Below, in pieces: positions 50,571-61,399 of a stretch of DNA of 64,000 bases. The DNA lies in the NCBI RefSeq assembly GCF_963921235.1, contig NC_086097.1:192574001-192638000 (forward strand), read 5' to 3'. The position numbers and the translations under genes were made by a program. The stretch's first letter is position 1, and every line of letters starts with the position of its first letter. The stretch is from Mobula hypostoma (lineage: Eukaryota). The notes below the pieces were generated by a model. That model did no database searches. It saw only the letters and a list, made by a program, of their open reading frames with translations, and had not been told where the DNA came from.

Positions 50571-51597
50571 TTGATAAAGGAATAGTACACCATAGAAAAA
50601 AAAATACTGATTCTGATATTTCTTCACTAGGAAAGAGAACTGCATTGTGTGCTTCTCTTCTCCTTTCCACCAACATTCTAACTTCTAAAACTCCTCTCTG
50701 ACTCCAAGACTTAGTGAAACAATGTAATGCCTTCTGACCCCAGCATAGTTCTAGTGCTGTGGCTACATTATCCCTAATGCATTGCCAAGAGTCACTTCTT
50801 CACACTGATGATTTTACCATTGGCATAAGGAGTCTTGCCAAAAGCACAGTATACATCTCTGAGAAGCTGCTGCCCAGGGAAACATATCGGATACCAGACT
50901 GGCTAGATGAGTGGAAGACTAGTCTCGATAGGACATTGACCCAGTGATGATGAGAACCCTGACCAATGTGTACTACTGTAAAATGTTTAAATATAGAAGT
51001 GTCATTTACTTCTATGAAACTTATTCCTGTAATAACATCAGTTAGTGTACATTACAGTCTTTGGAGAAACTAATGATTAATTAATTAACTGAACAATTTA
51101 ATTGAATCTATTTAGCGGTGACCTCAGTTAAGTATCATAAAAGGAAACATTTCCATCACATGCTCCATCACCCATTAATGCCTATTATAATGAATAATGC
51201 AGAAAACAATGAAAAATAATTTATTAACTTGCAAGAAAAAGTATACATGTTTCATTGAGGTGGGTTGGTCTGCTTTGTAAAAATTTCACTTCTTATTGCT
51301 TTGTGAACCATACATTACTGCGCTTGGCTGCAATTATTTACAGTTTGAAATGAATATTCATCAGCAAAAATCCATATGAAAGGATTTAATCTCCAAAATA
51401 ATACAGCGAAGTCGCTCCCAACTGTCCCCACCCACACCATCCCTGTATGCCTGCATGCTTCTTTGCAGTTCTGCTCATTTGCTCAGTGTTCATCTGTCAG
51501 TAGGGGTGTAGGGGTATCCAGACTTTTCATAACAGGACATCAAAATTCCAGTAAGCATGCCAAGGTTTGTTACAAGTTGGAATTTGGATATGCAAAC

Positions 51598-53127
51598 TTG
51601 CTTATATGTTCCGTGCCTATTCTGGTATCTGTCCCCCACTTTTCCTTCGCTACATCGATGACTGCATTGGCGCTGCTTCCTGCACGCATGCAGAACTCGT
51701 TGACTTTATTAACTTTGCCTCCAACTTTCACCCTGCCCTCAAGTTTAACTGGTCCATTTCCGACACTTCCCTCCCCTTTCTAGATCTTTCTGTCTCTGTC
51801 TCTGGAGACAGCTTATCCACTGATGTCTACTATAAGCCTACTGACTCTCACAGCTATCTGGACTATTCCTCTTCTCACCCTGTCTCTTGCAAAAACGCCA
51901 TCCCCTTCTCGCAATTCCTCTGTCTCCGCCGCATCTGCTCTCAGGATGAGGCTTTTCATTCTAGGACGAGGGAGATGTCTTCCTTTTTTAAAGAAAGGGG
52001 CTTCCCTTCCTCCACTATCAACTCTGCTCTTAAACGCATCTCCCCCATTTCACGTACATCTGCTCTCACTCCATCCTCCCGCCACCCCACTAGGAATAGG
52101 GTTCCCCTGGTCCTCACCTACCACCCCACCAGCCTCCGGGTCCAACATATTATTCTCCGTAACTTCCGCCACCTCCAACAGGATCCCACCACTAAGCACA
52201 TCTTTCCCTCCCCCCCCCCCTGCATTCCGCAGGGATCGCTCCCTACACAACTCCCTTGTCCATTTGTCCCCCCCATCCCTCCCCACTGATCTCCCTCCTG
52301 GCACTTGTCCGTGTAAGTGGAACAAGTGCTACACATGCCCTTACCACCATTCAGGGCCCCAAACAGTCCTTCCAGGTGAGGCAACACTTCACCTGTGAGT
52401 CAACTGGGGTGATATACTGCGTCCAGTGCTCCCGATGTGGCCTTTTATATATTGGCGAGACCCGACGCAGACTGGGAGACCGCATTGCTGAACATCTCCG
52501 CTCTGTCCGCCAGAGAAAGCAGGATCTCCCAGTGGCCACACATTTTAATTCCATATCCCATTCCCATTCTGACATGTCCATCCACGGCCTCCTCTACTGT
52601 AAAGATGAAGCCACACTCAGGTTGGAGGAACAACACCTTATATTCCGTCTGGGTAGCCTCCAACCTGATGGCATGAACATCGACTTCTCTAACTTCCGCT
52701 AAGGCCCCACCTCCCCCTCGTACCCCATCTGTTACTCATTTTTATGCACGCATTCTTTCTCTCATTCTCCTTTTTCTCCCTCTGTCCCTCTGAATATACC
52801 TCTTGCCCATCCTCTGGGTTCCCCCCCGCTTGTCTTTCTTCCCGGACCTCCTGTCCCATGATCCTCTCGTATCCCCTTTTGCCTATCACCTGTCCAGCTC
52901 TTGGCTCCATCCCTCCCCCTCTTGTCTTCTCCTATCATTTTGGATCTCCCCCTCCCCCTCCAACTTTCAAATCTCTTACTCACTCTTCCTTCAGTTAGTC
53001 CTGACGAAGGGTCTTGGCCTGAAACGTCGACTGCACCTCTTCCTATAGATGCTGCTTGGCCTGCTGTGTTCACCAGCAACTTTGATGTGTGTTGCCTGAA
53101 TTTCCAGCACCTGCAGAATTCCTGTTC
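51598..53127 (+). mobile_element. Penelope-like element (RT C-terminal half, GIY-YIG endonuclease, terminal repeat), 5'-truncated, frameshifted
   Basis: ORF 51567..52289 LRYIDD, FHPALKF, LPFLD, YYKPT. ORF 52256..52702 VIYCVQCSRCGLLYIGETRRRLGDRIAEH. Confidence 0.95.
52996..53033 (+). ncRNA. Minimal type I hammerhead ribozyme with intact catalytic core
   Basis: TAGTC-CTGACGA-AGGGTCTTGGCCT-GAAA-CG-TC^GACTG; stem I TAGTC/GACTG; predicted cleavage after C53028. Confidence 0.8.
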
Positions 53128-54189
53128 TTTTTATCTATTTATTGTTTATATTCTGCATTTAGCTACTCCTATTGGCTGGCGAAGGGATTTATTCTGACAT
53201 GTCAGAAGTGCCTGTGAATCTAAGAGAATGGTCACTGAGTTGTGATAACTTTTTCATGAGACAGAGACTGCAAAGGAGTGACAGTCCTGCCTGTTATCTC
53301 CAATGTCCCTTAAACCTTTATGCTTTCAATTCACTTCAAGAGAGATTAGAATTTCCCATTCATTCAGGAGCCTGTATAATATTAACAGTTCACTGAAACA
53401 AGAAGCAAATGGATTGTCACCTCTCCAGTAGAAAGAAAGAAACTAATGGATAAGGTCTGTCACTTACCCCTGGCATCTATCTCTCCTGGAGTTCTTTCTG
53501 TAATCTATTGATTATCATGTAAACCGTTGGTTAATAGCCACCATTTCATTGTGTACACATTTTATTAATGATCAAACAAGCACATTTTGATGTAATTTCA
53601 TATCCATATAAAACAGTTTTGGAACTAATCTCTTAATATGATAATTTTATTTTTTTTGTTTTAGTACTTTTATGTACATATTCATTAGCAATTTACTCCA
53701 GATTTGAAACTTCTATTGAAGTACTATCAATTGTTGAATTTAAAGTATATTATGCCATCAATTTAATTAGATTGCAATTTCATTATTGTTATCAGTAGTT
53801 TCAAATTTCTATTCCACATTGTGTAATTATGTAAATGATTATCTGAAATGAGATGTTCTGTGGGGTGCTGCATATCAAAGAGTGAAATTAATGTATTTCT
53901 GAAATTTCACACATGGTCAACAGTAACACATGCAAACATACAAAAGTATTGGGAAGGAAAGGATCATCTGTTCCACCAGGAGGATCCCACTGTTACATTA
54001 CCTAAAGCCTGATGAAGTACAGTCTATCCAGCATGCTGATAAACTGCCATTCTCTACTCATCTGCAGTCGTGCAATCTCCTGGGAATGCATATAAAAAAA
54101 CATTTGTGAAGAATAAAATTCTAACTTTGGAGTAAACAAAAACAATCAGGAAAACACATGAAGGGGAAAAATACGCTCATTTCAGGAAT

Positions 54190-54376
54190 CTTTTATCGTG
54201 TTATTTCATGCTTGTTATTTATTGCTATTTATTTATATCTGCATTTGCACAGTTTGTCCATTGATCCTGTTTACATTTACTGTTCTAAAGATTTGCTAAG
54301 GATGCCTACAGAAGAAGAATCTCAGGGTTGTGTATGGTGACATGCATGTACTCTGAAAATAAATTTTACTTTGAAC
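54190..54376 (+). mobile_element. Rex-type 3' tail fragment
   Basis: GAATCTCAGGGTTGT...AATAAATTTTACTTTGAAC, as in the other Rex tails. Confidence 0.6.
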
Positions 54377-54839
54377 ATACTTAGATTACTTGATGTTTCA
54401 AAACAGGTCAAAGACCACCTCAGAATGAAGTAAGCTGAGGTTTCTTTTGAAGTTAAGAAGAATGTCAAAGCAGACAGGACAAAATAACATCTTGTTCCAA
54501 TTTTTGACCAGTTGGGCAAGTTACATAACTCTACCCTTGCACACATGATTTCTCACCTGACACAATCAGACACATCAATTAACTTCAATCAAGCACGTAA
54601 CCATTTTGCATACTGTTATCAAATTACTCCAAAGTCTGCACTCCTTTAAAATGCATTGACATGGCAGACTAAGATTACTAAAGCAATCCAGGCTATCTAC
54701 AGTACATTGGGATAAATCTTGTGGCCCTTCTCCAAAACCTTTCTAAAATCTAGGTATCAGCACACTTTTGCAAGGAGTCAACCCTCAGCTTCTCTCATTG
54801 GTGGAATTCCATCTGAGTCTGAGAGAATTCTTCACGTTT

Positions 54840-56715
54840 GGTTATACAGTGTTTTGCATGACTGGCCGAACATGGGTCTATCAATGATCCAATGACATTT
54901 TTTTGAATAGAACAATAGTCCTAACAAATACCTGTCTCTTAGTCAACATTCCTCAACCAGATTATCTGGACATAAAACATAGAAGAGTGTTAAGCAAACT
55001 GAAAGGTGGATAAGTCATCTGGACCAGATGGACTACACCCCAGAGTCTTGAAATATATTGCTGAATAGACAATGAATGTATTGATCATGATTTTTCGAGA
55101 ATCATTTGATTCTGGCATGGTCCTGGAGGACTGGAAGATTGCAAAGACACTCCACTCTTCAAGAAGGGAGGAAAATAAAAGAGAAAATTATAGGCCAGTT
55201 AACCTAACCTCAGTGTATGGGAAAGTGCTGAAGTCCATTATTAAGGATGAGGTTTCAGGGTACTTGGAGACTAATGATAAAATAAATCAAAGTCAGAATG
55301 GTTTCTGTAAAGGGAAATCGTGCCTGACAACTCTGTTGGAATTCTTTGAAGAAGTAACAAGCAGGGTGGACAAAGGAGAGGCAGTGGATGTCATTTACTT
55401 AGTAAGATAAAATCCTGTGGAGTTACAGGAAATATACTGGCATGGGTAGAGGAATGGCTGACAGGCAGGTGGTAGTGAGTGGGAATAAAGGGGGTCTTTT
55501 CTGGTTGGCTGCCAGTGACCAGTGGTGTTCCTCAGGGGTCAGTAGTGGGACTGTTGCTTTTCACATTGTTTGTCAATGATTTAGGTAATGGAGTTGATGC
55601 TTTGTGGCAAAGTTTGTGGATAACACAAAGATAGGTAAAGGGGTCGGTAGTGCTGAGGAAGCAATGTGTTGGCAGCTGGATTTGGATAAATTGGAAGAAT
55701 TGGCAAAAAAAATGGTAGATATGATACAGTGTTGGGAAATGTATGATAATACATTTTGGTAAAAGGAACAATACTACAGACGATTATCTAAAAATGGGGA
55801 GAAAATTCAAACATCAGAGGTGCAACAGGACTTAGGAGTCTTCGTGGAAGACTCCCAGAAGGTTCATTCACAGGTTGAGTCTGTGGTAAGAAAGGCAAAT
55901 GCTATATTGAAATTTATTTCAAGGAGAAAAAAATATTAAAAACAAGGAGATAATGCTGAAGCATTATCAGACACTAGTCGGGCCACAATTGGACTATTGT
56001 CAACCCTTATCTCAGAAAGAATGTGTTGTCATTGAAGAGTATCTATAGGAGGTTCATGAGGATGATTCTGGAAATGAAGGGGTTTACATACGGGGAGCAT
56101 TTGGCAGCTTTGCGCCTTTACTGACTGGAATTTAGAAGAATGTAAGGGGATCTCATTGAAACCTGCTGAATGTTGAAAGGACTAGATAGGGTGGATGTTT
56201 CCAGTGGGGGTATCCAGAACCAGAGGGCTCAAAATTGAGGGGTGATCTTTTAGAACAGAAGTAGTGAGAAATTTTTATAGCCAAATGGTGAACCTGCGGA
56301 ATGCTCTGCCACAGACTGCGGTTGAGGACAAGTCCATGGGTATATTTAAAGCAGAAGTTGATAGATTTCTGATTGGTTGGAGCATCAAGAAATATTATGA
56401 AAGGGCCAGTGTATGGGTTGAATGGGGTCTAGGATCAGCCATGATAAAATGACGGAGTGGACTTGAGGGGCAGAATGGCCTAATTTTGTTCCTATGTCTT
56501 ATGGTCTTAAGAGTACGGCATAGTACAGGCTCTTTGGCCCATGATATTGTGCTAACCCGCATAAACCTACTCCATGATCAAACAATACTGTATTACTATT
56601 GTTTGTGAGAGCTTTTTGCTGAAAATGAATGTTGTGCTTCCTATTTTGCAGCAATGGTTCTACTCAAAAAATTTTCTTCATTGATTCTAAAGCACTTTGC
56701 ATGTTCTGAGATAAT
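54840..56715 (+). mobile_element. Deu-domain SINE remnant split by CR1 (pieces ~54840-54975 and ~56590-56715)
   Basis: Left piece ends CAGATTATCTGGACAT. Right piece continues TTGTTTGTGAGAGC...TTCATTGATTCTAAAGCACTTTG, collinear with the recalled DeuSINE consensus. Confidence 0.45.
54985..56510 (+). mobile_element. CR1 LINE 3' half, decayed
   Basis: KSSGPDGLHP, ENYRPVNLTS, KGKSCLTTLLEFFEE; tail TCTTATGGTCTT. Confidence 0.88.
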
Positions 56716-57539
56716 GAAATTTTCCACATAAATATTTCTTAAATTTCTTACTAAACTATTTTTGAAGTTTATTCCATCCCTGTGGTGAAATGTGTCCTCA
56801 TCTGTTTTCCTAATTCTCACATTTTGTATTATTCTGTAGACCACATCTAGGTTATTTATGAAGACAATGAAAAGCAATGACTCAATGTATTGTACTCTTA
56901 ACTCAATGAACAGCTATCTGATTCCTTTAGATGCTATCTTACAAGAAAATTCTCGTAAATAGGGTTATACTGGCTTTCTGAAAATCCTATATTTGGTGCT
57001 ATATCTTAACCATTAATCTAGTAAGGACAGATCTAGTAATCTAGACAAAAATAATAAGTTTGTCAGGAAAATGCTTCTTTTCCAAAAGTAACATTGAATG
57101 TATTTCATTTCTTAGCATGGAAATTATGAAAGGTTTTTCCAAGAAAATGATTTGCCCTGTTTTGAAGTTCTGAAGTAGTGTTCCAAGGCATATCCAGACT
57201 GACATTGATGCCATTGAAAAGGTAGCAATTTTAGTTCACAATGAGTGTGCACCAACTATAGCCCATTTTAGCATGAGATGTTTCCTTTACTGGAAACCAG
57301 TGCAGACAATTATGCTCCAAATTTCATCCAACCGTTGGTTGTTTGCTGTGCAACAATCACAGAAAGGTGCCATTTCTGAGAGAAGCGTTGAAACAAGCAA
57401 TCATCTGACATCCTTAATTTAGGGCCTGCAAGTAGTCCTGCATCTGCAATGTCAATGAAAGTGCATTATTGATTCTAGCAGGTTAGAACATTTGGTCCTT
57501 ACAACTCCACTCGTGTGGAAAAGCTACATACATGGTGAC

Positions 57540-57805
57540 CATTGTCTTGATAATTTCAATTCATAATTGTGGTGAAGGTGATGTTCATGTTGGCCTCCTT
57601 CAGTATGCTGGTGTTAGTGCATCTGTCCGTACAGCTGATCCTCAATCTTTCATAAAGATCTTGTCCCAGGGCTTTCAGGTGCTTACTGTAGGTCCTGATG
57701 AAGGGTCTCGGCCTGAAACTTTTCCATTGATGCTGCCTGGCCTGCTGAGTTCCTCCAGCATTTTGTGTGTGTTGCCTACTGTAAGTGGTCCATTTGTCAG
57801 TAGAC
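57540..57805 (-). mobile_element. Old RTE LINE fragment split by a solo PLE terminal repeat
   Basis: Rejoined minus strand reads KWTTYSKHLKAL...LRISCTDRCTNTSILKEAN. Confidence 0.6.
57691..57776 (+). mobile_element. Solo PLE terminal repeat; hammerhead core CTGATGA...GAAAC kept, cleavage site deleted
   Basis: GGTCCTGATGAAGGGTCTCGGCCTGAAAC-TTTTCC. TSD TACTGTA at 57684-57690 and 57777-57783. Confidence 0.8.
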
Positions 57806-59332
57806 TACGAAACGAAAGTAGTATAAATTTCCTTGAAACTGCATTTATGAAAAATGCTTTTCATTCTTCTAGCACTAAGGCTGAAGCTGAAATGTATTGA
57901 AATCCCTCTGCCAACAGATTAGAAAGATTTTAACCTGCCAAGTGAGAGGTGCTTTTAAAAATTGAGTAGTGCTTCACTCCACTCTCCTTAAGCAAAAAGA
58001 GATTTCCTATCAGCATGTAACTATAACAGTTCTGATGTTTGAATGAGACATTTGATTTACTTCTGATTCTTTTCTCAAACTTCTTGGCTGTGAATATTGT
58101 GTTCTTTAGAGTTTTGACACTGATCTGCTTGAAGGAATGACTGGTGAAAAGGGATTCAGTAGCAGCTGTAGCATATCGACACCTCTGCACAGTATGTTGA
58201 GCACGGATCCCTTCTCCCAGAGACACATGCTGAAAGTTGGTACAGTGCTAGTACTCACTTGGTATAATGATAGTGAGTGTTTATTATCCCTGTCCAGAGT
58301 TTGGATCAGTAGTTGCTCATTAGATGATCTTTGGTTTTGTAAGATCCAGTTGGATCCAAAGCTTTAATTTAACCTCATGATTTAAGGTGAATTCCATGGA
58401 TTTTTTTCACATTACTATTTTATTAGAGACTTTCTTGTTTCAGAATATTGAGCTGTGCTTACTCTCCCCATGCCCTGAAATAGTATACATATTTAATGAA
58501 GTCCGTTACCACTAGAGGCAGCTGTTCGACTGAAACCATCATCAAAGTAACTTATAAACCTCAATAAGGCTTATATTAATGAAGGCATTCATTTAAGGCA
58601 TTTGGCAGTGGTTAAACTGTGAGGAACCTTATGAGGGTGAGATTCAGAGGATTGTGTGTGATATTGAAATGAGTAACATGCATATGAAAAATGCCAATCA
58701 ATGGCCTGGGGTTGTTTCAACGATCTATTTGAAGTACTGAGAAAGACTTTTGCATTGACACGTGAGGACAGTTGTTTCTGTATAAAACAAGATTCACCTG
58801 CTGTGTTGTTCAGTGGGTTTCAGAGGATGAAATATTGTGAGGTGGAGATCAATGATCATTCTAGGCCTTTGAGGAAAAAAAATATCATGGTTAGACTTTA
58901 CACTCCCTCTAACCTGATCTTGTTGCAGCTGCTATTCCAATGCCATTACCACCCAACTGGATGCCCCTATCCTTCCTTCACTCTGTTCTTTCTCCTTGCT
59001 GAAAAGCTTCAAACCTGATTGCCCTTCTGCTAGCAAGGTTGTGGAACTTACAGGACACAGTTACACAGTATCCGCATTTGTCTTACGTACTGCTACGTAC
59101 CTGCATGTTCAGTAGATGGCATCAGTTCATCTTGAGAAATCAGATGGCATCCTGTACCATATTCCCAGTATTGCTCTGGTTTAACAATATTGCACTTGAT
59201 GACTTGAACTTGACTTGACTTGGTTCTCATTGTAGCAGTACTCAGTGGGAGTGATCAGCATTGAATAGATGTTCAAAGGCATGCAGTATGAACTCTTGTC
59301 TGTCTCCTGGGACCTTTCAGGATAGAACCGTG

Positions 59333-61338
59333 GCTGACAAAACATGTGAGGTAACTCGTCAAGAGGAAGAAGGAAGCATATGTTAGATATAAGAAGCAGG
59401 AAGCAGGAGGGGCTCATGAGAAATATAGGGTAGCCAGGAAGGAGTTTAGGAAAGGACTTAGGAGAGTTTGAAGGAGGCATGAGAAGGCCCTGGCATGTAG
59501 GATTAAGGAAAACCCCAAGGCGTTCTATGCGTATGTGAAGAACAAAAGGATGACAAGAATGCAGGTGGGGCTGCTAAAGGATAAAGAAAGCAACATGTGC
59601 CCGGAGGCGGAGGATGCTAGGAAGGTCCTAAATGAATACTTTGCTTCAGTATTCACAAGTGAAAAGGACCTTGATCAGGGTGAGGTCGAAATAGGTCAGA
59701 CCTGTGTGCTGGACAATGTGGAGATTAAGGAAGAAGTAGTGTTGGACCTTCTTAAAAACATCAAGATTGATTAGTCCCCAGGGCCAGACATGATATACCC
59801 CAGGTTGCTATGGGAAGTGAGAGAAGAGATCGCTGGAGCAGCAGCTATGATCTTTGAATCCTCTTTGGCTGTAGGCAAGGCGCCAGAGGACTGGAGAATG
59901 GCAAATGTAGTTCCCTTGTTTAAAAAAGGTAATCGGGAGAATCCTGGGAACTACAGACCGGTGAGTCTTACGTCGGTGGTCTGCAAACTGTTGGAAAGGA
60001 TTCTTAAGAATAGGATCTAGGAGCACTTGGAGAAGTAAAGTCTATTCAAGGATAGTCAACATGGTTTTGTGAAGGGAAGGTTGTGCCTCATGAACCTAAT
60101 TGATTTTTTTGAAGAGGTAACAAAAGGAATTAATGAGGGTAGGGCGGAAGATGTGGTCTACATGGATTTTAGCAAGGCATTTGACAAGGCCCCCCATGAG
60201 AGACCCATCCAGAAAGTCATGAGGCATGGGATCAATGGAACCTTGGCTGTTAGGATAAAAAAATTGGCTTAAAGGAAGAAAGCAGAGGGTAGTAGTGGAA
60301 GGAAAGTATTCTGCCTGGAGGTCGGTAACTAGTGGAGTGCTGCAAGGATCTGTCCTGGGACCCTGCTGTTTGTGATTTTTATAAATGACCTGGATGAAGA
60401 GGCGGAAGGATGGGTGGGTAAGTTTGCAGATGGCACAAAAACTGGAAGAGTTGTGGATGGAGCTATAGGTTGTTGAAGGTTACAAGAGGATATAGACAGG
60501 ATGCAGAGTTGGGCAGAAAAGTGGCAGATGGAGTTCAATCCGGATAAGTGTGAAGTGATGCATTTTGGAAGGATAAACTAGAAGGCTGAGTACAGGGTTA
60601 ATGGTCGGTTGCTTAAGAGTGTGGATGAACAGAGGGACCTTGGGGTTCAAATCCATACATCCCTCAAGGTCGCTGAACAGGTTGATAGGATAGTTAAGAA
60701 GGCCTGTGGGATGCTCGGCTTCATTAATGGGGGATTGAGTTCAAGAGTAGAGAGGACATGTTGCAACTCTACAAATCTCTGGTGAGACCACACTTAGTGT
60801 ATTGTGTTCAGTTCTGGTCACCTCGTTATAGGAAGGATGTGGAAGCTATGGAGAGGGTGCAAAAGAGATTTACCAGGATGTTATCTGGATTGGAAAACAA
60901 GTCTTATGAAGCAAGGTTAACAGAGCTGGGACCTTTCTGTTTGGAGCGTAGAAGGATGAGAGGGGACTTGATAGAGGTCTACAAGATTATGAGAGGCATA
61001 GATAGGGTGAATAGCCAGTACCTGTTTTCCAGGGCACAAATAGCAAACATCAGAGGGCATATGAACAAAGTTAAGGGAGGGAAGTTTAGTGGAGACATCA
61101 GGGGTAAGTTTTTTACACAGAGGGTTGTGGGTGCCTGGAATGACTTGCCAGGGATGGTGGTGGAGGCTAAAACATTAGGGGTACTTAAAAGCCTTTCGGA
61201 CATGTACATGGATGAAAGAAAAATAGAGGGTTACGGGGTAGTGTGGGTTTAGTGTGTTTTCTTTTAAGGAATATATGGGTCAGCATATCGAGGGCCGAAG
61301 GGCCTGTACTGTGCTGTAGTATTCTAGTGTCTAGTGTC
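59333..61338 (+). mobile_element. CR1 LINE 3' 2 kb
   Basis: NYRPVSLTS, YMDFSKAFDK, LQLYKSLVRPHL; tail (TCTAGTG)n ending ~61338. Confidence 0.93.
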
Positions 61339-61399
61339 ATCCTTATTCCTCTGGTAGATCACATTCACAGCTTTCTCCTGCACCAGCCCTCAGCAGGGA

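Noticed and set aside
57930..58367. Overlapping 98-aa and 76-aa ORFs
   Set aside because: No motif recognised; no support as coding.
58400..59330. Possible upstream continuation (gag/protease/RT) of the foamy-like provirus before the CR1
   Set aside because: No YXDD or other retroviral motif found by eye; the provirus appears 5'-truncated near 61400.
2348..61209. Most remaining ORF-track entries
   Set aside because: They are antisense or off-frame shadows of CR1, Rex, RTE and Penelope sequence, not independent genes.
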